The translations under genes were made by a program, and so were the position numbers. The notes beneath the pieces are model-generated. The model saw only the letters and a program-made list of their open reading frames with translations. It ran no database searches and was not told where the DNA came from. Shown here one piece after another: positions 1 through 13,139 of a DNA stretch of 64,000 bases; position 1 is the stretch's first letter, and each line of letters starts with the position of its first letter. The DNA is from Dipteris shenzhenensis (Eukaryota), in NCBI GenBank assembly GCA_047967505.1, contig CM106538.1. One strand, written 5' to 3'.

Positions 1-3000
1 AGTGAGGATCTCTCGGGGGGGGGGGGGGAGGGGGTGGTTACTGTTCAATGTGGCAAGCATCTATGTTCCTAATTCCTCAAAAGACAGAGCTGCTTGTTGC
101 TGGAGTGCGCTGGGTGCATGTGTGGGGGAAGGGCATTGGTTGTTGGGGGGGACTAGAACGCGACTGAGAGGAGCTGGGAGGATTGCTTGCATGGGGGGGC
201 TGTGTTGGGTGGTGCGGAGAGAGATTCCTGGGACGAGCTTTGCTTTGAAAAAGGTTTTATGGAGGCAAAGGAGCTAGACCCGGACAGGTTTCTAAGTTTC
301 ACTTGGACCAATTGAGGAGGCAAAGAGGTGAGTTCAGGGTTGGTAAGCTAGATCGGCGGTTCTACATCTTCGATGAGGGGTGGTGGATGAGAGGCCCCAT
401 GGAGGGCGGAGTAATAGGAATGGAGCTTTTTGACCACATTTCGGTCACTTGGAGCTTCGCGGTTCCAGTCACCATCAATCGCCCCCAAGATATCCCATTC
501 GCATTTAATAAGAAGCTGCTATCCTTAATAGGCTTTTGCTATCAGATTCGGAGGGCCTGAAGGGAGACTGCGGCATTTGTGGACGACCCAATGAAGCGAT
601 GGGATGGAGCCTTAAGAGAATTTATGCAGATTGCTAAGGCAGAAGACTTGAAGTACAGGAAAGCCCACAAGGAACGGTGGTTGGTTGCTCTGGCGACGCA
701 GGAATCCCTTCGTGCCACCATCATGCACTCCCCTAAAGATCCCTACCTGGCCACTCTAGTGGTCAACTATGAGGCGGCTGTGCAAGAAGAGGAGGTGGCG
801 AGAACCATGAGTCTGCAGACCTGGCTAGCAGTGGGAGACTACCCCTCGAAGGCCTTTTTCTAGGTGATTGAGAGAAACCGCTGGAGAGATTTAATTGATC
901 GTGTGCAGGACTGTCAAGGCAACATATTAAATGAAATTTGGCACATTGTCGTCGTGTTCTAAAAGGAGCTAAGCTTTATCATGGGGGAAGGGTTGATCCA
1001 GGACAAAGAATGGCATTCCAACATTAACTGTGCGCTGGAGGGCATGACCCCAAGGGTCTCATAGTACCACCAGAGGCGGCTAGCTCAGCCCTACTCGCTA
1101 CTGCAGGAGCTGGAAGAAGATCTGACTTCTCTGGCCGACGAGAAAGCTCCAAGCCCACATGGCTTAAATTTTAAAATTTACAAGGCGTTTTGGGATGTGA
1201 TGGGCCAGGACCTGATCGACATGGCAAATGCAGCGACAACCCATGGCTCCCTCTCAAAGGATGTGAACTCCAAGCTCATGAAACTCATTCCCAAAAGGCA
1301 GAACGTGCTTAAGGTCGGTGACTAGAGGCCCTTAACGATGTTAAACACCTCTTACAAGGTGATTGCCAAGGCTCTGGCCATCAGAATTCACAAGATTTTC
1401 CGCTCGGTTGTTGATGAGGAACAAAACGGGTTTGTTCAAGGGAGGGATATCTTCGAGAATGTGCTGAATGTTTCCCGCGCCTTGGATCATGGGTAGAAGG
1501 TGGTTATGTTTGGCTTGGACCTCGATAAGGCATACGACCAGATAAGGTGGGATTATATCATGGCTACGTTGCTTCACCTGGGGTTTGGCCAAGCTTTCGC
1601 CAGCAAGGTCCAATGCCTATTCGGTAATGCGACTGCAATTCTGTGCTTAAATGGGGGGATGATTGGCGGGTTTGAGCTGAGAAGGTATGTTTGCCAGGGG
1701 TTCCCAGTGGCTCCTCTGTTATTTGCAATTGCGACGGTCCCCCTGATGCACATGATGAAATGCAAGGTAGGAAGAGGCGAAATCAAGGGTCTGGTCCTTT
1801 CGTCCGGGAGGCAGTTCTGCACTCAACTTTTCGTCGATGACACAATTTATATCTCCAACGAGGACCCAGAGAGTATAGGCCACGTCTTTGAGGTGGTCGA
1901 CACATTCTATAAAGCCTTAGGCTCCATCTGTAGTGGAGTCATTCGCACTGCGATCCTCCCTTGGACCCGGAATGGCTTGTTGATACAGGATTCTCTGTCT
2001 CTACAAGAGGAGAAGTCATCAGATACATAGGCTTCCCTTTGGGTTTAGGGATTACTCTGCGCCAAAGGTTTGACTGGTTCAAAGACAAGGTCAAGGCTAA
2101 GCTCAGGGCCTAGCATGGCATTAGCCTGGGGTGGAATGCCCGAAGTATAGTTCTGCAGCACATCCTCGCAGCATTTGTCACATATGTTGCCTCCATTTGG
2201 AGCTTCAAAAAGACCCACTAGCTCAAAATCGAAGCCCTCTTCAGGAGCTTTTTGTGAGTTAAGGAGGCTGGTCGTCGGCACATGCATTACATCGCTTGGG
2301 AGCCTTTGAAGGTTTGCAAGTTGCAGGGAGGGCTTGGCCTCCCCGACGTGAGACAAAAAAATGTTGCCCTGATAGCTAAATGGCTTCCCAGACTCTTCAC
2401 TAAGTAGGCTCCTTGGATCGAAATTACCAAGCGCCGTTTGGAGAACTGCAGGTCGACGGGTGTGGGTCGTTGGGCGAGACACTTCTCTCACAATTCCCTT
2501 GCAAGATCATTGGGTCGGACCTGGCGACAGGTTTGCAAGATCGTTGGGTCGGAGCTTGGAAGGAATGCATCCCGCTTCTCGCTTGGAAAGGTAGAAAGGG
2601 GCTAAGGGGGGATGGTAGCCTGATGGAATCCCTGTGGTGGAGCGTCGCGCTGGGTAGGCAAGGCAACTCCTTCAGCCTCCACAATCCAGTCAGGGCAAGG
2701 AATCTCTTCCGAAAAGGGATTCGGACATGGAAGGACATTTGGAACCAAGGCATAGCAGATTGGAAGACTCTCGACGAGCTGGCGGATGAGTTTGCAATCT
2801 CCCAAGGGGAAGAAGATCTTCTGAGAGCCGTGCTGGAGAGACTCTTGGATGGGTGGCCGATGAACCAAGCTCAGAATCCGGATGGCCTCGACGGACAATG
2901 GGTTGTCGAGCGAACCTCGCTCAGAATTATATCCACCCGGGTCATTAGTAGACATCTACACCAGCAGGGAGGCTTGGCTACAAGGCTCAACAGGGTCTGG

Positions 3001-3781
3001 GGGTTGAGGAGAGGGGCTGCTTGGTGGAAAAAGAGGCTTACCGAGATTTGGAAAGAGTGCAGGGTTGGGAAGGCAAAGTTCATGATTTGGAAAATGCTTC
3101 ACCAGTGGCTCTCGACCCGCTCCAAGCTGGTGAAGCGCATGCAGGCCAATCTCGACTATCCCCTTTGTGGAAGCGCACGTGAAGATGTTATTCATTTGTG
3201 CTAGAAGTGCTTGGTTGTCAGAGAAGCTTGGGGACACATGGATGCTGCAGTAAGAGGAGTCGAGTTGATGGCAAGGTTTGCCATTGGCAAGTGGTGGAGG
3301 CTCCTATTGCTGGGGAAGTGTGTTAGAATGCCCTCGACCCTGACTGCGTGCTGGCCGTACCTTAGGGCGGCAATAATCTTAGGAGTCTGGGAGATCAGGA
3401 ACAAAATGGTGTTCAAACATGGCATCCAAGCTGGCTGTAGAGTCACTGCAATCCTCATATCAGGAACAAAATGGTGTTCAAACATGGCATCCAAGTTGGC
3501 TATAGAGTCACTGCAATCCTCGCGGTTGTGAGGACCTATCTTAGGGACTTCGGGAAACTTCTTGATAGCATGAATCCCATCGTTAGCCATGCCATCCTCT
3601 TGGTAGAGGCAATCTTCAAGGTAGGATAGCTTTGCTCAGGTTGCTCAGGGGAGCGCAGGCTCCGGGATCTTGCCCCCAGTTTGGCCAATTTTTGTAGGGT
3701 TTCTCTTAAGGGACTGAGCCCCCCTTGTTTTGTTTCCTACTTAATAAAAGCCGGCATTTTATTTTATTTATTGAAAAAAAA
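1..3781 (+). mobile_element. Decayed L1-clade LINE: ORF2 remnant (APE endonuclease, RT, C-terminal Cys/His region) with 3' end
   Basis: Fragmented frames carry SIYVPN, KLDRRFY and FDH (endonuclease), GLDLDKAYD, CQGFPVAPLLF and LFVDD (RT), and YPLCGSAREDVIHL (zf-RVT-like). Many stops and frameshifts. AATAAA near 3743 and an A-run at 3774-3781. The 5' end runs off the window. Confidence 0.88.
3394..3521 (+). repeat. 65-bp tandem duplication inside the decayed LINE
   Basis: ATCAGGAACAAAATGGTGTTCAAACATGGCATCCAAG...GCAATCCTC starts at 3394 and again at 3459. Confidence 0.9.
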
Positions 3782-4145
3782 GGATCTACATGCAAAAGAG
3801 AAACGGTAAAGTATCCAACCTTGTAGGACACTTAAAGAATGAATTCTTTGATTTGATATTCATTCCAAGGTAAAGTATGGCAAGTAGTTGTCTCTTGTCA
3901 CAATAGCTACTAACAACAACGGCAATGATGCATGCCAAGGAGGCATCCTTATGAATCAAAAGATTTGAGACCTTGTTTCCAAATATTGGATTGAGGGCAC
4001 CTTGTATTTGAATATCTCACAATAGCATGCTCAAAGCAAGTTAAAAATCTATGTGCACATTGTCACTCAAATGGAATTATAAAACAAACAAGTCCACTAA
4101 AATAAGATTTTGATTTTAAGGCAACTCAAGAATACATGGACAAGG

Positions 4146-4497
4146 TGTGAAGATAGTGGGAGAGAGGGAAGGAGTCTCACTTGCGGCTTTCTCACATACA
4201 CAATGGGGGAATACACACACAGGTGGAGGCTGAAAACAGTTTTCCTCTTCTTAGTTCTGAAAGCCAAAAGAACTCTAGTACAAAGAAATAGAAGAACCCT
4301 ATATGTGGGTCTCAAACCAAACTCAACTAACTAAGGTGGCATACTAACTGAGCCACGAACTAGAGTAGATAAGGATAGCTGTCATCCAGCTATTATTCGT
4401 GGGCAGTGTACCAACCGCATCTGCAGCTAACAAGTCGGTGACATAAATGCACAACGGTCACCCTGGCATATCACGAGTGGAGCTCGATATCTCAACA
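4146..4497 (-). repeat. 3' LTR of the copia element
   Basis: TGTGAAG...CTCAACA. Differs from 8999-9350 at about 8 positions by manual count. Confidence 0.96.
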
Positions 4498-7400
4498 CTT
4501 CCCCTCGAGCTCAATCCCAATTCTTGCACACCAAGCAAGTCTCTGAACTTGCGCAGCTTCTCTGTGCCCAATGCCTTCGTGAATATGTCAGCTACCTGAT
4601 CCTCTGTGCTGACATAAACTAGATCAATAAGACCTACTAAAACCTTCTTTCGCACATAGTGATAATGCACCTCAATGTGCTTTGTTCTAGCATGATAGAC
4701 TGGGTTATTTGCCAAGTGTATATTGCTCATGTTGTCACAATAAATGACAACTGGCCCATCTGTAGACTGATGCATATCATAAAGTAGCTTATGCAACCAA
4801 GCTACCTCACATGCAGCCATTGCTGCATCCCTGTACTCAGCCTCTGTGCTCGACAAGGCAACTGTAGGCTGTTTACTTCACATTCTGCTCCAAAGGAACT
4901 GAAATAGGCTTACAGCCTGTCATCCCATATTTAGACAGCATGTCCAATCCATACTGCCTCTGCAAGAGCTGTATCCCACTTGGTGATCTAATTACCTCAA
5001 TGCCCAAGAAATAATGCAGCTCTCCCAAATCCTTCATCTCAAACTTCTGCTTCAATAGCATTTTCACATGAAGGATATCTTCATCACTATCACCTGTGAT
5101 GATCAAATCATCAACATAAATGACAAGCAGCATAATACCTTTCTTTGTTTTTCTCACATAGAGTGAGAAATCTGCCTTGGAGATCTAAAAGCCAATAGTG
5201 ACAAGATACTGTCCTATCTTGTCAGACCATACTCTAGGTGCTTGCTTCAAGCCATACAAGGCTTTCTTCAACGTGCAAACAAACTCAGGATGAACAGCAT
5301 GAACATAACCTGGTGGCTGCTCCATAAAGACTTCTTCTTGCAAATCGCCATGCAAGAAGGCATTCTTTACATCCATCTGGTGTAAAGACCATCCCTTTGA
5401 TGCAGCCATAGCAATGAATGCTCTTACAGTTGCCATCCTTGCAACCGGACTGAATGTTTCTTCATAATCAATGCCGTATGTCTGTGCATACCCCTTGACA
5501 ACTAATCTTGCCTTGTATTTGTTCACAGAACCATCTGCATTGTGCTTCATCTTATAAACCCACTTACAACTAATTGCATTCTTGTCTTTAGGCAAAGGCA
5601 CCAATTCCCATGTAGCATTTGCTTCCAAGGCATTGATTTCTTCATCCATGGCTTTCTCCCATTTTTCATTTCCCATGGCTTGTTCAAAAGAAGTGGGTTC
5701 TGGTTCCTGTATCACTTTGACCATATAGGCATAGTGAATGGCTGTAAATCCATCATATTTCAGCCTATCCATAGGATACCTAGCTCTAGTAGACCTACGC
5801 AAAATAGGCTCACTTCCAGGTGCTCTCAAAACATCCCTGGTCTTCCTTACTCCAGGTGTAACAATAGAAGGAATACCCAACTCATCATCAATGCTCTGTT
5901 CTGAGCAACTGGATTCACCATCCACATAAGAGTGACCTACATTCACATCAAACATGGGCTGATCTACCTTCTCTTTTCCTTTTCGTGATACCTGCGTACC
6001 ACTATCTGCATTGCTTTGAGGAGATTCTCCTGATCTCAATCTGCCTGTCCATGGTGAAGTATGTGAATACACTGCTAGAGGACACTGCAGGTCCACTGAT
6101 ATTTTGTGATTGCTGCTGTGAATTCTGTGCAGCTACATCAATCATCACATTTACTGGTTTATACCAGCTACTCATCTCATAAAAAACAACATCTCTGCTC
6201 ACTGTAAACTTACGAGTAGAAGGGTTATAGCATCTATACCCTTTCTGCTGCAGAGAATAACCAATAAAGATGCACTTTTCAGCTTTTGGATCCAACTTGG
6301 ACCTCAGCTCATCTGGCACATGAACATAGGCAATGCAACAAAAAATTTTCAAATGAGAAATGTCTGGTTTTGTACCAGTATATATCTCCTCTGGTGTCAT
6401 GCCATGTATTGCTGCAGTAGTGGGAGTCCTGTTCATTATGTAAACTGCTGTAGCAACTGCTTTAGCCCAATAATAATTTGTAGATCTTTCTCATTTAGCA
6501 TGGCCCTAGATACCTCTCCAATATGCCTATTTTTCCTTTCTGCAAGTCCATTTTGCTGTGGGGTATGACCGCATGAATATTGCTGCTTTATGCCATGCTC
6601 CTGCAGGAACCTTGCAAACTCATTTGAGAGGTACTCTCCCCCTCCATCTGACCTTAGGCATTTTATTTGCAGGCCTGTTTCTTTTTCAACCATAGCTTTA
6701 AAAGCTTTGAAGTGCCCAAACACTTCACTTTTCTTTTTCATAAAATACACCCAAACTTTTTTGCTGAAGTCATCAATAAAAGTGACAAAATAGTGGCAGC
6801 CTCCAATAGATGCAGCTTTAGTAGTCCACACATCAGAGTGGATTAATTCCAATGGCTTTTTACTCTCTTGAACATGCCTAGGAAATGGTTTCCTTGCCTG
6901 TTTTCCAAACTGACAGGCTTCACAAACCTTATGCATTTCTGCAACTTTGAATTTTGGCAATCCTGCAACAATATTTTGGGCTTGCATTGATTTAAGTTGC
7001 TGTATATTAACATGACCAATGCGTTTATGCTAGATATTAATATTTGCAACTACATCGGTCCCATGTGCAAACATTGCTGCACTCAATTCAGGCATGTCCG
7101 CATCCAACTTAAACATCTTGCCCTTCTTCTTCCCTTTTGCTATCAAGCGACCATTATTTTTCATATCCTCAACAAAGCATCCATGAGGATTAAATCTGAC
7201 CTGCAAGCCCTGCTCAACCATTTGACCAATAGAAACCAGGTTCTTGGTGATGTTCGGGACATGAAATACATCAGACAGGTATTTCTTTTTCCCATCCTGC
7301 ATAGACAAAAGAATTTTACCAATCTGCATAATAGGATGTGCAGTATCATCACCAGTCTCACAAATCCTAGTTTTTCCATTTTCCTTGCATCATCCTGCAT

Positions 7401-8469
7401 CCACTCTGCATGACCTGTCATGTGGTTTGACGCACCTGAGTCAACATACCACACATCATTTCGTTCTTCTGCACTTGTCACAGAATTGGTCATGTGCTGC
7501 ACCATAAATAGATGCTCATTTCTGTCATCACCCTGTCTACTAGAAGATGCATAATTACCTTGCTGCAATTTTCCATTCATAATGTCATTCTGCTTTTTGT
7601 AGCAGTCCTTAGCCATATGACCCATTTTACCACAGTAGTAGCATTCAACATTGTTGTTTGCATTTTGGCCTCTTTGCCATCCACCACAGCCTCTTTGGCT
7701 CCCCCTGCCTCTAGAGTTACCACGTCCTCCTCCATAGGACTGATTTTCTTGAGTTTGCTACATATTCTGATTTCTACCACGGCCTGCAGATCGGCCTCCT
7801 CTACCTCTGCCTCTACCTCTTCCAGCATTTGAGTAGAAGACAGTTTCTTTTGAAGTTCCCACCCCCATTTCTCTGCTCTTTAGAAATTATAAGAGCAAAC
7901 AACTCTTCAAAATCAGGAAATTTTTCACGGACGACAATGGATGTTCGGAACTATGCATAATCCTTTCCTAGACCATTCAAGGTCACAGAAACTAGATCAT
8001 CATCTTCCACTGGCGACCCAATGGAAGCAAGTGCATCTGCAATTTTCTTCACCTTCATGTGGTAGTCATTTATGCTCAAATTTTCTCTTTGCACATTGTG
8101 CAACTCCTGTTTGAGCTGCATTTTCCTGGCTTGTGTATTTGTGCTGTACATTTTTGCCAAAGTATCCCATGCCTCCTTTGGCGTACTTGCATCCTGAATA
8201 TGCACAATCATAGAATCCGAAATACTGATAGACAGCCAGTACATAACTTTTCTGGCTCTCTCATGCCATCCTTTAAATGCCTGCATTTCCTGTTGATTGG
8301 GAACATTAGGAAGAACTGGTTCTTCTTCATTTCTTGTAATGAACTCCCAATAGCCTTTTCCCATAAGGAAATTCGTAATTCTAAACTTCCATGCCTGGAA
8401 ATTGTTCTTGTCAAGCTTTTCTGTGACAATCTGTGAAAGAGAATCAGACGCCATTACAGAACACTGCAA
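4458..8469 (-). pseudogene. Copia gag-pol polyprotein, fragmented
   Basis: gag (EKLDKNNFQAWK, 7951-8469); protease WYVDSGASNHMTG; GAG-pre-integrase CEACQFGKQ; integrase HSDVW, RSDGGGEY and PQQNGLAER; RT KARLVVKGY, QMDVKNAFLHG and IYVDDL; RNase H SSTEAEY, YCDN and ADIFTKAL. Several stops and frameshifts. Confidence 0.95.
4498..4510 (-). promoter_or_regulatory. Polypurine tract of the copia element
   Basis: Minus-strand GCTCGAGGGGAAG directly abuts the 3' LTR. Confidence 0.8.
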
Positions 8470-8985
8470 AATATTCTGTCACTACGAAAAACATAGCTTT
8501 TGCCTCACACGGGCAGATCTGCAAAACTGACGAAAGTGGTATTTGACCACGCAGTCACTTCCTAGTGACGATTTTGCATCAATAGGCAACAAGCATGATT
8601 CTACAACTTCCAATATCTCTGCACACAGGCATATGATGCAATTTCTGCGACAAATTTTCACCGACCAGCAGAGCAGTGGTCGCACAGCAAAAATAGGGCC
8701 TTTTTCTGAGTGCCTGCAAAGAACATCCGCCTTCAAAACGGGCCCCGAAATGGCCTCGAATTAGAAAAATAAAGTCACTATGGGCTTTGCACTTCGCCCG
8801 CAACATATACTGCCCTCTCGTCACACCGCGAAGGGCATCTCAATCTGAGACAGTGCACTCTTGCACTTTTGGCTGTGCTACCTGCAGAGATTTGCTCCCA
8901 AACTCGAAATAGGAAAGCAACACTAGTCCTCTTACCAGGACACCGCGAACTTGGTTTGCTTTCTTGAGCTCCTTACCACGAACAA

Positions 8986-8998
8986 GGCTCTGATACCA
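8986..8998 (-). promoter_or_regulatory. Primer-binding site (tRNA-iMet)
   Basis: Minus-strand TGGTATCAGAGCC lies immediately inside the 5' LTR. Confidence 0.93.
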
Positions 8999-9350
8999 TG
9001 TGAAGATAGTGGGAGAGAGGGAAGGAGTCTCACTTGTGGCTTTCTCACATACACAATGGGGGAATACACACACAGGTGGAGGCTGAAAACAGTTTTCCTC
9101 TTCTTAGTTGTGAAAGCCAAAAGAACTCTAGTACAAAGAAATAGAAGAACCCTATATGTGGGTCTCAAACCAAACTCAACTAACTAAGGTGGCATACTAA
9201 CTGAGCCATGAACTAGAGTAGATAAGGATAGCTATCATCCAGCTATTATTCGTGGGCGGTGTACCAACCGCATCTGCAGCTAACAAGTCAGTGACATAAA
9301 TGCACAAGGGTCACCCTGGCATATCACGAGTGGAGCTTGATATCTCAACA
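8999..9350 (-). repeat. 5' LTR of the copia element
   Basis: 352-bp direct repeat of 4146-4497 with TG...CA ends. Confidence 0.96.
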
Positions 9351-9602
9351 CAAGGTATATTATTTAATAACTAAGGAAATACCTACATACATGCTTTGAA
9401 CCCATAAGCTACTTGCAAAACTTTATAAAGGTCAGATAGTAGTTCTATGGTGAGGCATGTGCATTTTCACAAATTTTTAATCATGCATTTACATGTGTCA
9501 AAAACTTGTGCATGGGTGTGCTCATATCTAATTATATATGTCTGATAATCATGAAAGTTTGTGTGAACCTTTTTATAAGTAAGTTGCATACGATAGCAAT
9601 TT

Positions 9603-11350
9603 TTATAAGGATGAGATATCATTTATAACTAAGAATGGCATTCCAACATTAACCCGCCCAAAGAAAGCTTCACAGTAGTCTTTTGAGCTATCCAATAGAA
9701 CCCCTATGGAAACACCAGCAAGATGCAATGTACCAGGATGTGGCGAGTAAGACTTGATTTGACAACTAGAGCCTTGCCTATAAGGGAGAGTTTGGTCGAG
9801 CTCAAATATAGAAGCTTGCACCAAAACTCTCTAGAAACATAGCAATTTACTACCCTACCGTGATATCTAGCCCCACCTAGCACCCTAAGCATCTTGTTGT
9901 CTATCTATGTGGAATCCACCTGAAGTTGAGGGCTGCCCCTAGTCACGGATCCCGTGGACCTCCTCCATGCCTGATGAAGAAACCTACGGGTTTGGTCCAA
10001 TTGATCTGTGCTCTAGAGGCCTCACAATAAATGGCCAGAGCCCCCCTCACCATCTCAAGGCTTGAAACTTATCCCTCCACAAATAGAGTTGTATCATTCA
10101 CAAACTCTACGTCCAGTAGCTCATCCTCCTGTTGAATTGGGAGTCGCATGCCTAAAAGACTAGTGGGCTGAGAACGTAGAAAATATCCCATGGCCTCCAC
10201 CACAAAGAGGAAAAGGAACAGAGCAAGAGGGAAGCCATGTTGAACTGAGCGGGATAAAAGAAATGCCTCTCCTGTGTGCCTTCTCAAAGTCCAAGGGAAG
10301 GATAGCAAGAGGTTGAGCCTCCTATCAATCCCAATCCACTACCTCCCAAAAGGTAAAAATGTTGTTCAAGAGACTATGTTCCTAAACAAAACCAATTCGT
10401 GTATCGTGGATGATATCGGGAAGGTGGGGGGCCTCAATCCCAATCTCAAGACCTTGGCTAAGCTCTTGTAAGCGGTGTTTACAAGGGTAATTGGCCTCCA
10501 TTGTTGAATGTTCGACATGTCCCTCCCTTTTGGGAGTAAGCAAAATCAGCTATGACTCATGGACTGAGGGAGAGAGCCTATGTCAAAAATCTCCTGGTAA
10601 GCCCGTCGGAGCGGAGTGGGGATATGCTCCCAATAGAAAAAAAAGAAAGTTGGAGTCATACCATCCTCCTGAGGGCACTTTTGGGGGGGAAGGACCTTGA
10701 GGGCATCTCAGAGCTCCTCGTCCGTGAGACCACCGCTAGAGCTCGCTTCCACATTGCCTCTCTAGCCACATGAGCAGCGGGGCTCTCCTCCTCTATTTGA
10801 AATGACTATGTGTAGAAGCCTGTGGTCATTTTTAAAGTCTCTTGGGGGTTTGTATGTATCTGCCCCTATGCATCACTCAGTCACTACAGTTGCGCCCCTA
10901 CTGAGTGTGGCTTGGTGACCTAGAAAAACTACCGAGTCATTCTATCCCCATACTGCACCCATCTTGGCATAGGAGAGTGGCACGAGAACTCGGCCCTCTG
11001 CACCTCCATATCTTGCAAGATTAGCCTTGTAAACTCATCTCTCGCACTGAGCTGTAGGCGAGCCAGGCTCCTGCTCCCTGATGTGCTCTATGGAGGCCAA
11101 ATTCCTTCTTAGGGCTCTCTCCCTCTTTTGTAGGGCAAGCTTCTGCCTAAGTGCTTGGGATTGTAACTATGCGCTACTTCACTGGATTACATCCGCTACC
11201 CAAGCTACCCATCCCATTGGGGGTTCTCCCTTTAGTTGCTGCCACATCGCTGCTATGGAGTGCTGGACCTCTACCTCCTAGAGCAAGCTGTTTCAAATGT
11301 GGATCCCCTTTTGGGGGAGATTTGGATGGGACTGCTCAAGGTGAAGTATG
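9603..11350 (-). mobile_element. Decayed L1 LINE ORF2 fragment related to the element at 18207-25670
   Basis: Frame 10069-10308 (FLLSRSVQHGFPLALFLFLFVVEAMGYFLR...LLDVEFVNDT) aligns by eye to FSLERSVRQGCPLAPYLFLFFAEAMTYYLR...LLDSEYADDT of the intact ORF2. Boundaries are approximate. Confidence 0.82.
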
Positions 11351-11899
11351 ATTGGAGAATGGACAAACATCATGGTACCAACTAATATGTCAGTGGATTT
11401 CCCTCTATGTAGAGTCTAGTCCCCAACATAGAACTGACGGTTTAGGCATCATTTTATGAATCACAACTAGAATTGACTAAAGGAGCTATACTGATGTACT
11501 AATGATTCTATCAACCATTGCATAAAAATTAGTTATAGAGTAAAGAAAGTGTTGGAAGAAACACCAAGGGAAGGGGCACTTGCCCTCCTTTATGCATAAG
11601 CTAGTAGAGTGAATTCTTGACACAAGGATTGAATACCATTAAGGGAGTTGCCAATGAGAGTTGTTTGCAAATGATGGTAGATTCTAAGGAGTATTGAGCA
11701 AAGAAGGATCTAGTAATCCTAGGAGATATGATCATTAAGAGGATAAGTGCTAATCACTTTAATTGATAGCTTGGATAATGAACAAGGAATGCTAAGGGCT
11801 TGGATGACTTCGAAGTATGACACTTTTGAAGCAAGCTTATTTGTGTTTTTATTATTATGAAATCCTCAAGATGTTGGTCAAGAGGATTATAATTATATA

Positions 11900-12200
11900 A
11901 TGTCATTGATGCTTTATCTTCCCACATTGGCATCGATGAATAACAACTCTAGAATGGCATTGATAACAATGACTGACATTGAAAATTCTAATGCGATGCA
12001 TTGTGGGATGTCAAAGTAGTTAGTCAGCCTACCTTCAACATCATAAGGATTACGTGTGAAGATGAGTACTAAGAAGTTTTTATTTATTTAAATCTCAGGA
12101 TCTATCCGAGGAAATCATGAAAAAGAATCATGGAATAATGATGAGTTGTGAATGATCAAACAATTTGAGTCTCTTAGAGAGCTTTAAATTTTGAATAAAG
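11900..12200 (+). mobile_element. Possible very decayed hAT transposase C-terminal remnant
   Basis: Broken frames give KVVSQPT and VFIYLNLR, resembling the hAT dimerisation region. HALNP near 9390 may belong to the same relic. Weak. Confidence 0.3.
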
Positions 12201-12321
12201 GATCTTATGTCACGGAGCCTAAATACAACTATGCTTCAAAATCTAAGTTTCATTAAAGACCCATTTTAAACAATATTTGGTTGGAGCAATTTAGTCACCC
12301 TAATAGTGAAGGAGAGTGAGT

Positions 12322-12347
12322 ACACACACACACACATGCGTGCGTGT

Positions 12348-12383
<36 letters not shown>
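12322..12383. repeat. (CA)n microsatellite, interrupted
   Basis: Directly visible CA runs. Confidence 0.95.
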
Positions 12384-12384
<1 letters not shown>

Positions 12385-12388
<4 letters not shown>

Positions 12389-12471
12389 CTTTTCCCCTTT
12401 TGACCATACTAATTACTTTTCTTTCCTTTATAATCCTTCGAAAACCCTTTTAAAACTACATGTCCCCCTTC

Positions 12472-12504
<33 letters not shown>

Positions 12505-13135
12505 ATTGCTCCCTCACTCTCTCTGTACCCTTCTCTCCCTTCTCTTTCTCCTAAATTCCCCTTAAACCTCTCAATTTATCCCACTCTAGCACCTTTTTTA
12601 ATTTTCATAATTTTCTCCTAAATTTTTCTAATTTCCTAACTTCACACACACATACTACCCCCTTTTTTCCTTTTTGACCATACAAATTACTTTTTAATCC
12701 TTTGAAAAAAAATTTCCCCATTTCTCCTTAGTTACCCTTATTTTCCCTAAAATTTTCCCACTTTTTCCTACCCCCCTCCCCGTTTTCCCCTTTCTTCTTA
12801 AAGTTTTCCAATTTATTTCTAATTTTCCCTATTTTTTTCTCTAATTTTATTTTTAAAAATTTCCTAATATTTTTCCCTAAATATCTCCCTATCCTGTCCC
12901 TAATTTCAAAATTTTCTCTCTTTAACACACCCTAAATTTCCCTAAAATTTCATTTTTTTCCTATTATTACTCTAACTTTGTCCTATTTTTTCTTTTTTGA
13001 TTTTACCCAATTTTCTAAACATTCCCCTCCCCCACCCCAATTGTATTTCCCCCTTTCTACTTTTTCCTTAAAATTGAACTCTTTCACACCTTTTTGTTAC
13101 CCGCCCCTCCCCCCACCCCCTTCTTCTCGCTTCCC
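12385..13135. repeat. (CT)n plus pyrimidine-rich low-complexity tract
   Basis: (CT)n near 12470-12504, then an almost G-free T/C/A tract up to the satellite. Confidence 0.85.
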
Positions 13136-13139
13136 ACGT

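Larger units (their letters stand above)
4146..9350 (-). mobile_element. Ty1/copia LTR retrotransposon with both LTRs, coding region disrupted
   Basis: Two 352-bp TG...CA LTRs, 5-bp TSD CAAGG (4141-4145 and 9351-9355), PBS and PPT. Domain order gag-PR-IN-RT-RH is diagnostic of copia. Confidence 0.97.
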
